Of a stretch of DNA of 64,000 nucleotides, positions 21,151 to 31,812 are shown in pieces. Within the stretch, counting starts at the first letter, position 1. Each line of letters starts with the position of its first letter. Source of the DNA: a virus (Duplodnaviria > Caudoviricetes); IMG/VR virus record IMGVR_UViG_3300021255_001218, positions 1 to 64,000 of that record; one strand, 5' to 3'. The notes under the pieces are model-generated. The model saw only the letters and a program-made list of their open reading frames with translations. It was not told the DNA's origin and searched no databases. The translations under genes were made by a program, and so were the position numbers.

Positions 21151-21747
21151 ATGGCAGCTAGAAGTAACTATCGTAAGTATAAAGGGACTAGTCTTACCAA
21201 TATAAAATCTAAGTTATGTGCTAATCCTGAATTATCAGAAGCATTCGTTAATGATGTAATAAGAATCACTGGATATGATATTGATTCCGAAGGATATTTA
21301 GTAGATCCAGAATCTGACCCATTCGAACCTGATTATATATTGGTAAAGAATAAAGCTCTTCGTCATACTAATAGTGGTGTAGTACATTCCACAGATCTTA
21401 TTTTTGACCCATATAATAACTGTTTAATAATGGAAGAGTTATGGAAGAAATACCTTGAAGAAAATCACCCTAACGTAGCATCTGCACAGATTTATGCTAA
21501 TTCTCAATCTCAGATTCCGAGAATAAATACTTATGGGTATATAACTATCTTATTTGATGATGGTAGTAAGATTCAGACTGCTAATCATTGGAAAGATACT
21601 ACTAAATACTTAGAAGCATTTATGCGTATGGAATCTATGACAGATTTTATGATATCTGAGGTAATGAGACCTTATGATGAATATGAGAATTATGTATTTA
21701 AAAACAATCTTGGATTAGAACCAGGATCGGAAGGTAAGATACAATGA
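21151..21747 (+). CDS. hypothetical protein
   Basis: 198-aa ORF, strong AGGAGG RBS. Confidence 0.65.
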   Translation: MAARSNYRKYKGTSLTNIKSKLCANPELSEAFVNDVIRITGYDIDSEGYLVDPESDPFEPDYILVKNKALRHTNSGVVHSTDLIFDPYNNCLIMEELWKKYLEENHPNVASAQIYANSQSQIPRINTYGYITILFDDGSKIQTANHWKDTTKYLEAFMRMESMTDFMISEVMRPYDEYENYVFKNNLGLEPGSEGKIQ

Positions 21748-22979
21748 GCATAGAATTATCAGATGAGCAAAGAGAAGTAGTTAATGGTGCTATAGAATGG
21801 TTTAATCATGGAGAAGAACAAGTGTATTCTATATCTGGTGGAGCAGGAGTAGGTAAAAGCTTTTGTTTGCATGAGATAATAAAAAGACTTGGTTTAACTC
21901 CAGATGAAGTAGCACCAATGGCATTTAGTGGAGCTGCTGCTATAGTAATGCGTAGAAATGGTTTCCTTAATGCTAAGACTATTCACTCTTGGATATATAG
22001 TTTCTCTTTAGAAAGAGATAAAGAAGGTAAGCTTAGAAAGAAGTTTAAGTATATAGGTTTACCTAAGAGTATAAGATTAGTAGTAATGGATGAAGCATCT
22101 TTTACTGGAGCTAAAGTAGCTAAAGACTTAGAAAAGTCTAGAGTTCCTATTATAGCATGTGGGGATTTAAATCAGTTACCACCAGTAAAAGACGAACCGT
22201 ATTATTTATCAGACCCATCTAAAGTTCATATGCTCACTAAGATATATCGTCAGTCTGAAGGTTCAGCTATTATAGATATCTCTAGAATGGTATTAGAAGG
22301 TAAGACTCCTAGAGTTGGTAACTATGGAGATGTGATAGTAATTACTAGAAGTGATTTCTATAACAATCTCTATCAAATAGTTAAAGAATATGGGATAATT
22401 ATCTGTGGTACTAATAGAACCAGGGATAGGTTAAATGAAACCATAAGACGAGAGATATATGGATTTGATTCTCCTTTACCAGTTAGAGGAGATAAAGTAA
22501 TCTGTAGAAAGAATAACTGGGAGATTGAATTAGAGGGTATTAATCTAGTAAATGGTTTATACGGTACAGCTATGAGCACACCATCTATTTCATCTTTTAA
22601 AGATGGGTATTTTGAAATGGATTTTAAACCTATCTTTATGGATAGCGTATTTGAAAAGCTTAAAATAGATTATAACTACTTTAAAGCAGATTACTTTACT
22701 CGTAATAGAATGAAGGAAAGCTTTTTAGATATTAATGAGTATGAAAAGTTCGAATACGCTTATTCTATAACCACGCATGTTTCTCAAGGTAGTCAGTTTA
22801 ATACTGGTGTATATTTAGAAGAATTTCTTCCATCTCATACCAGAAATCTTAATTATACTGGGATAACTCGTTTTAGAAATAAAGCTATATATGTAATACC
22901 AGATAAGAAAAGATTTTGGTCAAGTACTGCATTGCAGACTAAACTTCTTAATTTAATCCCAGTACCCAAAGTTAGATAA
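21744..22979 (+). CDS. RecD/Dda-like SF1B helicase
   Basis: GGAGVGKS, TIHS, DEAS, GDLNQLPPV, IYRQ, YSITTHVSQGS motifs. Confidence 0.9.
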   Translation: MSIELSDEQREVVNGAIEWFNHGEEQVYSISGGAGVGKSFCLHEIIKRLGLTPDEVAPMAFSGAAAIVMRRNGFLNAKTIHSWIYSFSLERDKEGKLRKKFKYIGLPKSIRLVVMDEASFTGAKVAKDLEKSRVPIIACGDLNQLPPVKDEPYYLSDPSKVHMLTKIYRQSEGSAIIDISRMVLEGKTPRVGNYGDVIVITRSDFYNNLYQIVKEYGIIICGTNRTRDRLNETIRREIYGFDSPLPVRGDKVICRKNNWEIELEGINLVNGLYGTAMSTPSISSFKDGYFEMDFKPIFMDSVFEKLKIDYNYFKADYFTRNRMKESFLDINEYEKFEYAYSITTHVSQGSQFNTGVYLEEFLPSHTRNLNYTGITRFRNKAIYVIPDKKRFWSSTALQTKLLNLIPVPKVR

Positions 22980-23012
22980 AACTATATACTATATTATTGG
23001 AGGAGATTTACA

Positions 23013-23237
23013 ATGGCTATTAAATCTACTAAAAGAAGACTCAAAGGTGTAAAAGTGTCTACAGTTAAGACCTATTCTTGTTTCGAGGAAGCATGTAATA
23101 GTCTTGGGAATGTAAGACACAATGTATTAGATAAACGACATTTACCATTTAATAATGATAAACCTGTAAGATCTGTATTGAATAGAAGTGGATTTGATAG
23201 TAAAAGAAGAGTATATTTGTATGGGAGGGAAGTATAA
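23013..23237 (+). CDS. small basic hypothetical protein
   Basis: GGAGG RBS; early motif at 22983..22999. Confidence 0.55.
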   Translation: MAIKSTKRRLKGVKVSTVKTYSCFEEACNSLGNVRHNVLDKRHLPFNNDKPVRSVLNRSGFDSKRRVYLYGREV

Positions 23238-23662
23238 TGCCTATATTCAAAAAGCTTGTATCTATAGTAGATAAGTATGACCTGAATACTGGTTTAAAAG
23301 ATGACTTTGATAAACCGTATTTACTTTTATTAGTTACAGCAGGTCAGAAAGATATGGAGTACGGAGAATATAGGGCAATTAGAGGGAGACAAGCAGCATA
23401 TGAATCTGTAATGAGTGAATTGGGTAACTACGATTTATTAAGGTCACATGTATTAACGGGTAATATATCTTTTGGTAATGAAACGAGTGTATATTCATTC
23501 CTAAGACTATGTATTGTTAAATACAAATTTGCTACTGAAGATGATTTATCATATCTTAATGAAACACTAATAGATATGTATCAAGCTGATAATGAAGAAC
23601 TTACCCAAGAAACTCTTAATCAGATTTTTGTAAAAGAAATGAATTCTCAAGTAAGGGGATAA
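23237..23662 (+). CDS. hypothetical protein
   Basis: translationally coupled ORF. Confidence 0.6.
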   Translation: MPIFKKLVSIVDKYDLNTGLKDDFDKPYLLLLVTAGQKDMEYGEYRAIRGRQAAYESVMSELGNYDLLRSHVLTGNISFGNETSVYSFLRLCIVKYKFATEDDLSYLNETLIDMYQADNEELTQETLNQIFVKEMNSQVRG

Positions 23663-23665
23663 TGT

Positions 23666-24151
23666 ATGAGAGCTCTTAAACAAATTCTTAACACAAAACC
23701 AAAGAATAGTAAATTCTTTGAGTATTTTATTAACCGCTATGGAGAAGCGGCTACTAGAGATGCTACAGAAGAAGAGATACTTAAGAATATAAGGTCTTTA
23801 TATGTAGATATCGTATATGGTAATATCAATCAGGATAGGTATATTGATTATTTAGTAGCTTATCCGAAAGTATTAGATATCGCTATTAAAGATTCTTATA
23901 GAAACGTAATGAAGTTCTTCATATTAGGAGAATCCATGCGTAGTACTCAGGTTAGTGGTAATAATATCATCACTATCCCTCAGTTTAATGAAGTAATGGA
24001 TGAAGTAAATCAGAAGTATACGAATTATACTATTATTTATAATACTTTATGTGGGTTTGTGAATAGTAATTATAATAAAGGATACTTTGCTTCAGCAGCT
24101 GTACAGTTTGCTAATCCTAGTACTAGATATATGAAAACAGTATTGTTTTGA
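23666..24151 (+). CDS. hypothetical protein
   Basis: ORF in operon. Confidence 0.6.
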   Translation: MRALKQILNTKPKNSKFFEYFINRYGEAATRDATEEEILKNIRSLYVDIVYGNINQDRYIDYLVAYPKVLDIAIKDSYRNVMKFFILGESMRSTQVSGNNIITIPQFNEVMDEVNQKYTNYTIIYNTLCGFVNSNYNKGYFASAAVQFANPSTRYMKTVLF

Positions 24152-24192
24152 TATATACAACTATATCTTATTAAAGGAGGTGATATATAGCG

Positions 24193-24723
24193 ATGCATCT
24201 ACCTACTATATTTCCTAGAGTTAGTATTTCAAAACATGCTAAGAAAAGAATTAGAGAGCGTGTTGGAGTTAAATCAGAAAGAGATATAGAAAGATTTATA
24301 AGAAAAGTATGCTATGAAGGCATACCATTATCTAGAATACCAAAAAGTAATTTTAATCTTTTTTGGAAGTATCTTAAAAATATAGAGTTAAAAGCTCAGG
24401 AATCTGATGAGTTAAAATGTATTATAGTATTCAAAGAATATATAGTAGTAGCTTCCAGAAGAAATGGTGAAGTTATTACAGTCATAAAAATAAAATACCC
24501 ATATACGAATTATTATAGTAGGGTAGTAGCTCATATTGCACTTTGTAGATTTGCTTTTGATGAATCTATTATTAAACAATCAGAGGAGTTGATAAATACT
24601 AAAGGAAAAAGTGTTGCTAGACAATATCTTTTAGATAATGGATGTAGTCCTAAAGAAGCAAACAATATCTTATGTAAAAAGCATGAGTTTAATCTAAATA
24701 TCTTCAGGTCCAAAACATTTTAA
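24193..24723 (+). CDS. DUF4258/RelE-like (BECR-fold) putative RNase
   Basis: ISKHAKKRIRER...GEVITV pattern. Confidence 0.4.
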   Translation: MHLPTIFPRVSISKHAKKRIRERVGVKSERDIERFIRKVCYEGIPLSRIPKSNFNLFWKYLKNIELKAQESDELKCIIVFKEYIVVASRRNGEVITVIKIKYPYTNYYSRVVAHIALCRFAFDESIIKQSEELINTKGKSVARQYLLDNGCSPKEANNILCKKHEFNLNIFRSKTF

Positions 24724-24769
24724 TAATGCGTTAAGACCTGAGATACCATTTTAAGGAGGGTATTAAGAT

Positions 24770-25327
24770 ATGGATAAAAGTCATGTTGTTGCTATAAGAG
24801 ATTTGTTTAAGAAAGCCAAGTTTACTTGGAAAAATAGGTATGATGGAGAGCCTAAACAGTTTGAACCAGAGATACACATTTGTTGTGATAACTCTTTAAA
24901 TGCCGTAGATGATGGCAATGGTTCAGTTATATGGGATGATGATAATAGTCGTTTTTATTGGTTTAAGTTTAATGGCTATAATTCTACACCTAATAGCCCT
25001 ACGATGGGCCAATCTATGGGTAGCAGAGTAGGTGTACCTGCTATGGTTATTGGTGTAGACTATGATGAGATTCAGAATATGCGTATATCTATGAATGCTG
25101 AAATGTTTGAGAATCTTTTGACTCAGATGACAGCAGATGGTATACCTATTACTGATGATCAGAAGAACTATCTTCGTCATATACTGTTTATTGAGACTGA
25201 TATGGACTACATTATTAGACGTAAGCAGAATGTAAGCTATATGACTGAGACTTCTGTAAATGCTGAGATATCTCAGAGACATTATACAGAAGATGATGAG
25301 TATTCCAAGACTATTCATACTATGTAA
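24770..25327 (+). CDS. hypothetical protein
   Basis: AAGGAGG RBS; late motif at 24714..24725. Confidence 0.6.
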   Translation: MDKSHVVAIRDLFKKAKFTWKNRYDGEPKQFEPEIHICCDNSLNAVDDGNGSVIWDDDNSRFYWFKFNGYNSTPNSPTMGQSMGSRVGVPAMVIGVDYDEIQNMRISMNAEMFENLLTQMTADGIPITDDQKNYLRHILFIETDMDYIIRRKQNVSYMTETSVNAEISQRHYTEDDEYSKTIHTM

Positions 25328-25510
25328 GTAGTGTATAATAATTTATAACACACTTGACTTATTGATAAGTATGGTAGTGCTTGGGATTTTGTCTGTTAAA
25401 ACTAATTTCAAGCATGTACTATAATAATGTAGTGTATAAGTCTCTCTAGCCTTAGGGCTAGAGAGGCTTTACAACACTCAAACCATTTATTTCCTAGGAG
25501 GTAATTTTTT

Positions 25511-26521
25511 ATGTACAACACCTATCAAAACCCTGGTATCTACAATCCCATGTATGGTACTCCGACTATGCCTAACGTGTATGGCCAACCGCAGGCACAG
25601 CCGATTACCATGAAGAATTTCCTTAATCCGGAACAGCAGGCTGAACTGCGCCGTAATGGTCCGGTATTCCAGACCAAATTGAACGTTGATGAATATCATC
25701 GCGCAATCTGCTGCCATAATGATGGTCAGCGTATTACGTTGCCGATCAATAATAATGGTGAACGTCATTGTACGATTTGCTCTGCTGACTTCTATCTGTA
25801 TCCGACGGATACTCCGGATGAAGAAATCGAACTCATTATCAAACGGTATCATGATTTGCTTCAGACCATTAAGACTTATTTCCTCAATGCTCCGGAAGCT
25901 ATGAAGGATATCTATATGATTATTGGTTTCGTTAATAAGACGAAATATCTGTGGCAGACTGCTAAGAAGATTTTTGATCAGGCTCAGCTCAATAATCAGT
26001 TTGGTATCCAGAATAACAATATGGAACAGAATGCATTCGCTGCTATTGCTTCTATCCTTGGCCCTGGCTATGGTGGTGGTTATGGTGCTCCGATGGCTCC
26101 GAATTATTATGCCGCTAATCAGTATGGTGGTGCTCCTGCTGGTTATGGCGCTCCCGTAGCTCCTCCGGCTGCTCCGATGGCTCCTGTAGGTGGTTATAAT
26201 CCGGCTATGGCTAGTGTAGCTCCTGGTTATGCACCGACTGTTCCGGCTCAGACTGCACCTGTAGCTCCTCCGGCTACCGGTACTCCGGTTTATGGTGCTC
26301 CCGCTCCGGTAGGTTATCCTAGCCCGAATCCGATTGGATATGTAGATCAGTCTACTACTCCGACTACGACTCAGCAGGTACAGCTCCCCATTAATGGTGG
26401 TGCGGCAACTCCGACTCCCACTGCTCCCGTAGCTCCGCCTCCGGCACCTACTGCAACTCCGGTAAATCCTAATATTAAGGATGCTGCTCAGCCCGCTGTG
26501 GTTGATAAGCAGTTCTCCTAA
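25511..26521 (+). CDS. putative Zn-binding protein with long Pro/Ala/Tyr/Gly low-complexity tail
   Basis: CCH...HCTIC; host-like codons (CCG, CTG); AGGAGG RBS; early motif at 25413..25429. Confidence 0.7.
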   Translation: MYNTYQNPGIYNPMYGTPTMPNVYGQPQAQPITMKNFLNPEQQAELRRNGPVFQTKLNVDEYHRAICCHNDGQRITLPINNNGERHCTICSADFYLYPTDTPDEEIELIIKRYHDLLQTIKTYFLNAPEAMKDIYMIIGFVNKTKYLWQTAKKIFDQAQLNNQFGIQNNNMEQNAFAAIASILGPGYGGGYGAPMAPNYYAANQYGGAPAGYGAPVAPPAAPMAPVGGYNPAMASVAPGYAPTVPAQTAPVAPPATGTPVYGAPAPVGYPSPNPIGYVDQSTTPTTTQQVQLPINGGAATPTPTAPVAPPPAPTATPVNPNIKDAAQPAVVDKQFS

Positions 26522-26539
26522 TAATATACTAACCACTAT

Positions 26540-26582
26540 AATTACAGAGGAGAGGGTTAAACCTCTCCTCTGTAATTTTTTA
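26540..26582 (+). terminator. intrinsic terminator
   Basis: 16-bp stem AATTACAGAGGAGAGG/CCTCTCCTCTGTAATT followed by a T-run. Confidence 0.85.
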
Positions 26583-26627
26583 TACCGTATATAAACAACC
26601 AAGTAAGTTTCTTAGCAATTAGAAGGA

Positions 26628-29045
26628 GTGATATTTTTGTTTTATGATAGAGAGCTTTATTATACGGTAAATCAGTATACTCTAGCTACACTAGCTGCTT
26701 GTGCAAAGCTTACTGCTGAACAAAAGAAAGCTATAGAGAATTATAGTAAGCAAATCAAAACCATTGAACTATTCGTAGACTCTGTAAGACAGAATCCTGG
26801 TGAATATCTGAGTTCCATTGGAGATGAAGGTTGGATTAATGCTTGCAGAGAAGTTATCCAGAATGGTACAGATGAAATGGGAAGAGATGTATCCCCATGT
26901 GATACTGTATGGATAGAATATTTTGATGGTATTAATCGTATGATAGTGGCTGATAATGGTAGAGGTATTCCAGCTAAAGATATTGTACGAGTATTTACTA
27001 GAGAGCATACTTCGACTAACTTTGTTAAAGAAAAAGGTGTATATCCATCTGGATTACATGGTGTAGGTGCTAAGTGTACTAATGCTATTAGTTCTAGATT
27101 TGCTGTAACTTCTTTTATATTAGGCAAAGCATATTTTATAGAATTCTCTGAAGGTAAGCCATTGCCTAAATATAAGAATGGTCCTAAAGAGATTCCTAAT
27201 AAGGGTGATAGACAAGGTTTATTAGTAGATTTCGAACCAGATCTTAAGATAATGAAAAAGATTACTATAGGATGGAGAGATATACTCAATCTATTAGAGA
27301 ATCTTGTACCATTGATTAAGATTGGGTCTAAGATAGAATTTATTGGTCATGATGTAAATGGTAAGACTTTTAAGAAAACTCTTATAAATCAGAATGGTAT
27401 TAGTAGTTATATTGAAAGAATGATAACTCCTAATACTCCTCCTATTATTAAACCTATTATATTTGGTTATGATAATGGGATAATGAAAGTAGAGGCAGCA
27501 TTTGTATATACTAATAGCCCAAAAGCATCTGCTAATATACTTACATTTGCAAATGTAACTCCAGTAGATACACTAAGATCTACTCCATCTCAAGGTTTCT
27601 TTCAAGGGTTATATCAATTCTTTAGAAACTATATGAATAAGATCTACCTTAATAATACTAGGTCTAAGTTAGAAGTAATAAATAGTGATATAGGAGTTGG
27701 TATTGTAGGTGCAGTAGCAGCAGCACACATGGATGTAATGTTTGATGGCCAGGCTAAGAATGTATGTAAGAATGAAGACTTTGTAGAATTCTGTAAGTCT
27801 GTTACATTTAAAGCATTAGAAGCTTGGTCTAAGAATAATCCTGAAGACTTACAGAGAGTATGTGAGTTTATTAAGGCTGTAGCAATTGCTCGTAATAAAG
27901 CTAATAAAGAGAAAGATAAAATCTCTAATAAGTTTAAAGGAAACTCATTTATAGATGCTCCTCAGAACTATGCTAAGCCTGAGAATAAGAAGAATATAGA
28001 ACTACTTATTGTAGAAGGGTTATCTGCAGGTTCATCTGCTAAAGCTGGTAGAGATACTAGAACTCAGGGTATATATCCTATTAGAGGTAAAATGCCTAAT
28101 GCATTATCTACTCCTAAGCAGAGATTCTTGAATAATGAAGAAGTCCAAGGATTATTAGCCGTTATAGACCAGGGTGGATATGGTAAGAGTTTTGATTTAA
28201 AGAAATGCCCATTTGATAAAATCATACTCATGCCAGATGCTGATTATGATGGCTTCCATATTAGACTTCTTATCTTACTATTTCTTTTGGTATATTGTCG
28301 TCCATTGATAGATGCTGGTATGGTATATTGTGTAATATCACCATTGTATCATATTAATAAAGGCACTAAGAAATGGAGATACTTTACTGATAGGAATGAG
28401 TTCATCAGATATGTAAGAGATCAGTTTATGATGAATAATAAAGTTCAGCATGAACGTTCTAAGAAAGTATTTGATAAAACTGAGTTTCTTAAGCTTATAG
28501 AGACTAATAATAACTATGACCTTAATCTTGCTAAGATATCTGATAATTATGCTATATATCCAGTATTGTTAGAAGATCTTCTCATTCTTAGAAATGAGTC
28601 ATTTAGTAAGATAAAGTCATTATTGGAAAAGAAGTATCCATATCTGCATGTAAATAAACATAAAGGCGTTATTATGCTAGAAGGATATGTAAATGATTTA
28701 TCTACTCAATTCATATTCAATGACCATCTTATTAATGCTTGTAAGCCTATAATACCTTATATAGATAGATCTGAAAAACGTTATCTAGTTAATGGTACTA
28801 AGATGGGTCTATATGAGTTAATACGGTTATATAGATTATCCGAACCTAAGAATATAGAACGAGCAAAAGGGTTGGGTTCTCTTAAGCCGTATGAATTAGG
28901 AGCATCTACATTGAATCCTAAGAATAGAAAACTTATCAGATATACTGCATCTGATATAGAAGCAGAGATTGCAGAATTACGTAAAGTAAATGATGATAAG
29001 TTTGTACTTCTTAAAGATGTAGATATTTCTGAATATGAATTCTAA
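26628..29045 (+). CDS. gyrB: type II topoisomerase / DNA gyrase subunit B
   Basis: GHKL motifs EVIQNGTDE, DNGRGIP, GLHGVG; TOPRIM motifs EGLSA, PIRGK, DADYDG; KGLG. Confidence 0.92.
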   Translation: MIFLFYDRELYYTVNQYTLATLAACAKLTAEQKKAIENYSKQIKTIELFVDSVRQNPGEYLSSIGDEGWINACREVIQNGTDEMGRDVSPCDTVWIEYFDGINRMIVADNGRGIPAKDIVRVFTREHTSTNFVKEKGVYPSGLHGVGAKCTNAISSRFAVTSFILGKAYFIEFSEGKPLPKYKNGPKEIPNKGDRQGLLVDFEPDLKIMKKITIGWRDILNLLENLVPLIKIGSKIEFIGHDVNGKTFKKTLINQNGISSYIERMITPNTPPIIKPIIFGYDNGIMKVEAAFVYTNSPKASANILTFANVTPVDTLRSTPSQGFFQGLYQFFRNYMNKIYLNNTRSKLEVINSDIGVGIVGAVAAAHMDVMFDGQAKNVCKNEDFVEFCKSVTFKALEAWSKNNPEDLQRVCEFIKAVAIARNKANKEKDKISNKFKGNSFIDAPQNYAKPENKKNIELLIVEGLSAGSSAKAGRDTRTQGIYPIRGKMPNALSTPKQRFLNNEEVQGLLAVIDQGGYGKSFDLKKCPFDKIILMPDADYDGFHIRLLILLFLLVYCRPLIDAGMVYCVISPLYHINKGTKKWRYFTDRNEFIRYVRDQFMMNNKVQHERSKKVFDKTEFLKLIETNNNYDLNLAKISDNYAIYPVLLEDLLILRNESFSKIKSLLEKKYPYLHVNKHKGVIMLEGYVNDLSTQFIFNDHLINACKPIIPYIDRSEKRYLVNGTKMGLYELIRLYRLSEPKNIERAKGLGSLKPYELGASTLNPKNRKLIRYTASDIEAEIAELRKVNDDKFVLLKDVDISEYEF

Positions 29046-29112
29046 AACATAAGTAATCAGGAGTAGTGTAATACTACTCCTGATATATATTATTAGTGGA
29101 GAGAAAGAGTAA

Positions 29113-29472
29113 ATGAATCTAGATATTTTATCTACCTATCCTTCTATTGTGTATTTTATAGCTAATAGAATAGAAGTATTAAATATGGTATTTGGAAGTA
29201 TAGGTATAATAGGAACAAGTATTTGTTTAGTAAATTTAGCAATATTCTCTTCAGAAGATCCTAGTGAATTTGAAAGAAGTATGGTTAAAAAATCTGAGAG
29301 ACTATTGCTACTTTTTATAATTCTGACAGCAATAGGATTCTCTATTCCTAGTACAGATACTTTGCTTCATTATTTGGTTACTGATATGATGAGTAATCTT
29401 CATTATACTGATATGGATTTATATCAACAAGATATGAATAGATTAATTGAATTTATCAAAACAGTTTATTAG
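29113..29472 (+). CDS. membrane protein
   Basis: two hydrophobic segments. Confidence 0.55.
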   Translation: MNLDILSTYPSIVYFIANRIEVLNMVFGSIGIIGTSICLVNLAIFSSEDPSEFERSMVKKSERLLLLFIILTAIGFSIPSTDTLLHYLVTDMMSNLHYTDMDLYQQDMNRLIEFIKTVY

Positions 29473-29478
29473 GGGGTT

Positions 29479-30045
29479 ATGAAAATGAAAGTGATTGTTG
29501 TTGTAGACATGCAGAATGACTTTGTATCCTGGCAGGATGAAGCAGCTGGTAAACAATTAGTGAAAGATATAAGAGAATATCTTCTTAAAGAATTAGCAGC
29601 TGCTCCAGATACCCATGTAATCTTTACTATGGATACACATAATGAAGATACTTATGAGAAGTACTTTGAAAGTTCTATTTATCTTATCCATTGTATTAAT
29701 GGGTCTAAGGGTTGGAATATAGTAGAAGACCTAGCAGATATTGCATTAGATCCTAATACTTATCCTACAGTATCTACTGTAAGAAAAGATACTTATGGTA
29801 ATGGAGATTTGGTATGTAAACTTCTTGAAATACAAGAAGCTACTAAGAATCCTCCTAAAGAATTCGAAGTAGTTGGATTATGTACAGATATCTGTGTATT
29901 GGCTAATATGGTAGTACTGAATAGCAACTTCCCATTTAGCAAGATTTCTCTTATAGAGAATCTTACTCTTGGTTCTAATGAGAATAAGAAAAAATCGGCT
30001 ATTGATGTAATGAATAGCATGGGTTTTAATATTATTACTAAATAA
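29479..30045 (+). CDS. pncA: nicotinamidase/isochorismatase-family cysteine hydrolase
   Basis: VVDMQNDF, DTH, HC, K and GLCTDICV catalytic motifs. Confidence 0.85.
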   Translation: MKMKVIVVVDMQNDFVSWQDEAAGKQLVKDIREYLLKELAAAPDTHVIFTMDTHNEDTYEKYFESSIYLIHCINGSKGWNIVEDLADIALDPNTYPTVSTVRKDTYGNGDLVCKLLEIQEATKNPPKEFEVVGLCTDICVLANMVVLNSNFPFSKISLIENLTLGSNENKKKSAIDVMNSMGFNIITK

Positions 30046-30058
30046 AACAAATAGCACC

Positions 30059-30093
30059 GCTGGAGAGCTATTAAGCTCTCCAGCATTTTTTTT
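30059..30093 (+). terminator. intrinsic terminator
   Basis: GCTGGAGAGCT-atta-AGCTCTCCAGC followed by a T-run. Confidence 0.85.
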
Positions 30094-30557
30094 ATTTAAA
30101 ATTATATATAAGACTTAGGAAATATTGAGATACTAATTTAAGAGGTATAAACGATGTTCCAGAAGAATACACAACAATAGGAAAATTTAAAATGTTAAAG
30201 AAAGATGGAGAAACAAATCTATGCAAATGAATTCACGATGACAGAAACGCAGAAGAAAAGGAAATGAAAAATTAGGAGTGATATTAATGTTTGTCTTATA
30301 TATAATTTAATCTGGTTTAAATAGAATGATAATAGATTTTACTCTATTATCATTCTATTATAAAAAATTGTATAATAATATAAAATGAATAAGTCCAAGA
30401 GTAATATAGTACTATCTGTTTCGACAATACTATATTACTTGAGTGTGTATGAAACTGATTTTAGGAGAGGTTTAGCACCATTATATTAATGTTGAATTTT
30501 ATTATAACTTAAGTATAAGATCCGATAATATATTTTTTATTTAAAGGAGTTTATTAT

Positions 30558-31124
30558 ATGGATAGTGTAATCGAAACATTATATGCTATAATAGCCTGTG
30601 TATCTTTTATGTTTATAGTAAACTATCTACAGCAACTAGAAGGGTATTTTAATATGACTTGTAGAAATAAAAGATATATTGCAGCTAAGGATATAATAAA
30701 GAAAGGAGATTTTATATATAAACCTAATTGCTATTCCTATACTGATTGTGTATATATGAAAGTTATATTCACAGATAATAGAAAAGATATTGATTTAAAA
30801 TACATTAGTAAAGAATTTATTAAATGGCATGATTTTCTCGTTAGAAAATACTCTGACGTAGGATTTAATGATACTGATATAGCTAGATTAGAAGGATTAG
30901 CCAATATCATAAATGAAAGAGATATGGATTTATTAGATGAAAAAGGTAATAAGATATCGCCTTATGATATAGTAGTTAATAATATGATAAAACCCATGAA
31001 GAAGATAAAGAATAACCATATCTACATAGAAAGAATGAAGTCAGAAAGAAATCTTACTATATTCAATCTAGGTATCTTTATACTAATATTTTTTGTTTGC
31101 TTTGTATTATTACTATACAAATAG
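30558..31124 (+). CDS. membrane protein
   Basis: N- and C-terminal hydrophobic segments; AAGGAG RBS. Confidence 0.55.
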   Translation: MDSVIETLYAIIACVSFMFIVNYLQQLEGYFNMTCRNKRYIAAKDIIKKGDFIYKPNCYSYTDCVYMKVIFTDNRKDIDLKYISKEFIKWHDFLVRKYSDVGFNDTDIARLEGLANIINERDMDLLDEKGNKISPYDIVVNNMIKPMKKIKNNHIYIERMKSERNLTIFNLGIFILIFFVCFVLLLYK

Positions 31125-31173
31125 TAGTAATACTATACATATAAATTTATACTACACTTTAGGAGGAATTAAA

Positions 31174-31809
31174 ATGAGTGAAGAAAAGAGAATTACCCTT
31201 GATTTAGAGATTGGTAATACTGGGGTAGAAATGACAGAAGAAGTATCCAATGCTATTTCTAAATTATTATCTACTACTTTTGTGGTTGATACTATCTTAA
31301 AATGGGGTGTAGAAAATAGTAAGACTGAAGAAGATATAGCTAAAGAGATTAAAACTGTTATTGATGATTTTATCAATTTTATAGTAATAGAAGAAGATAC
31401 TATGGAATTGACGTCTGCTAAATTAGTAGATAAATATTCATCTTTTATGCATAGAGCTAATATTGATAGAGAGTGTAAACTTAATAATATCTATATAGAT
31501 TTTGATAATAAAGATATTATTGAGTTTATGAAGAATGATAGCTTTGTAAGAATATTCAACTATCTTATTCATTTTATGAATTCTACTGGATATACTGGTT
31601 TAGTTAATACTATCTATCCTAATAAAGAAATCAATAATATCGTCATGGAAGATATTGGTAATATAATTCCTATTATGGAAGCTAAAGGTAAGAATTCCAG
31701 TGTAGATGTAATTAAACTCTTCTCTGAGTACTATACTAAGAAGACTGCAGATATGCTGGAGAAACTTAAAGCTACTCATAATAAGAATAAACTCAAAGGA
31801 GATAAATAA
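31174..31809 (+). CDS. hypothetical protein
   Basis: ORF 31093..31809; ATG at 31174 has an AGGAGG RBS. Confidence 0.6.
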   Translation: MSEEKRITLDLEIGNTGVEMTEEVSNAISKLLSTTFVVDTILKWGVENSKTEEDIAKEIKTVIDDFINFIVIEEDTMELTSAKLVDKYSSFMHRANIDRECKLNNIYIDFDNKDIIEFMKNDSFVRIFNYLIHFMNSTGYTGLVNTIYPNKEINNIVMEDIGNIIPIMEAKGKNSSVDVIKLFSEYYTKKTADMLEKLKATHNKNKLKGDK

Positions 31810-31812
31810 TGT

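Noticed and set aside
25487-26602. 371-aa minus-strand ORF
   Set aside because: Antisense shadow of the codon-biased gene 25511..26521; Ser/Arg/Ile-rich and without an RBS
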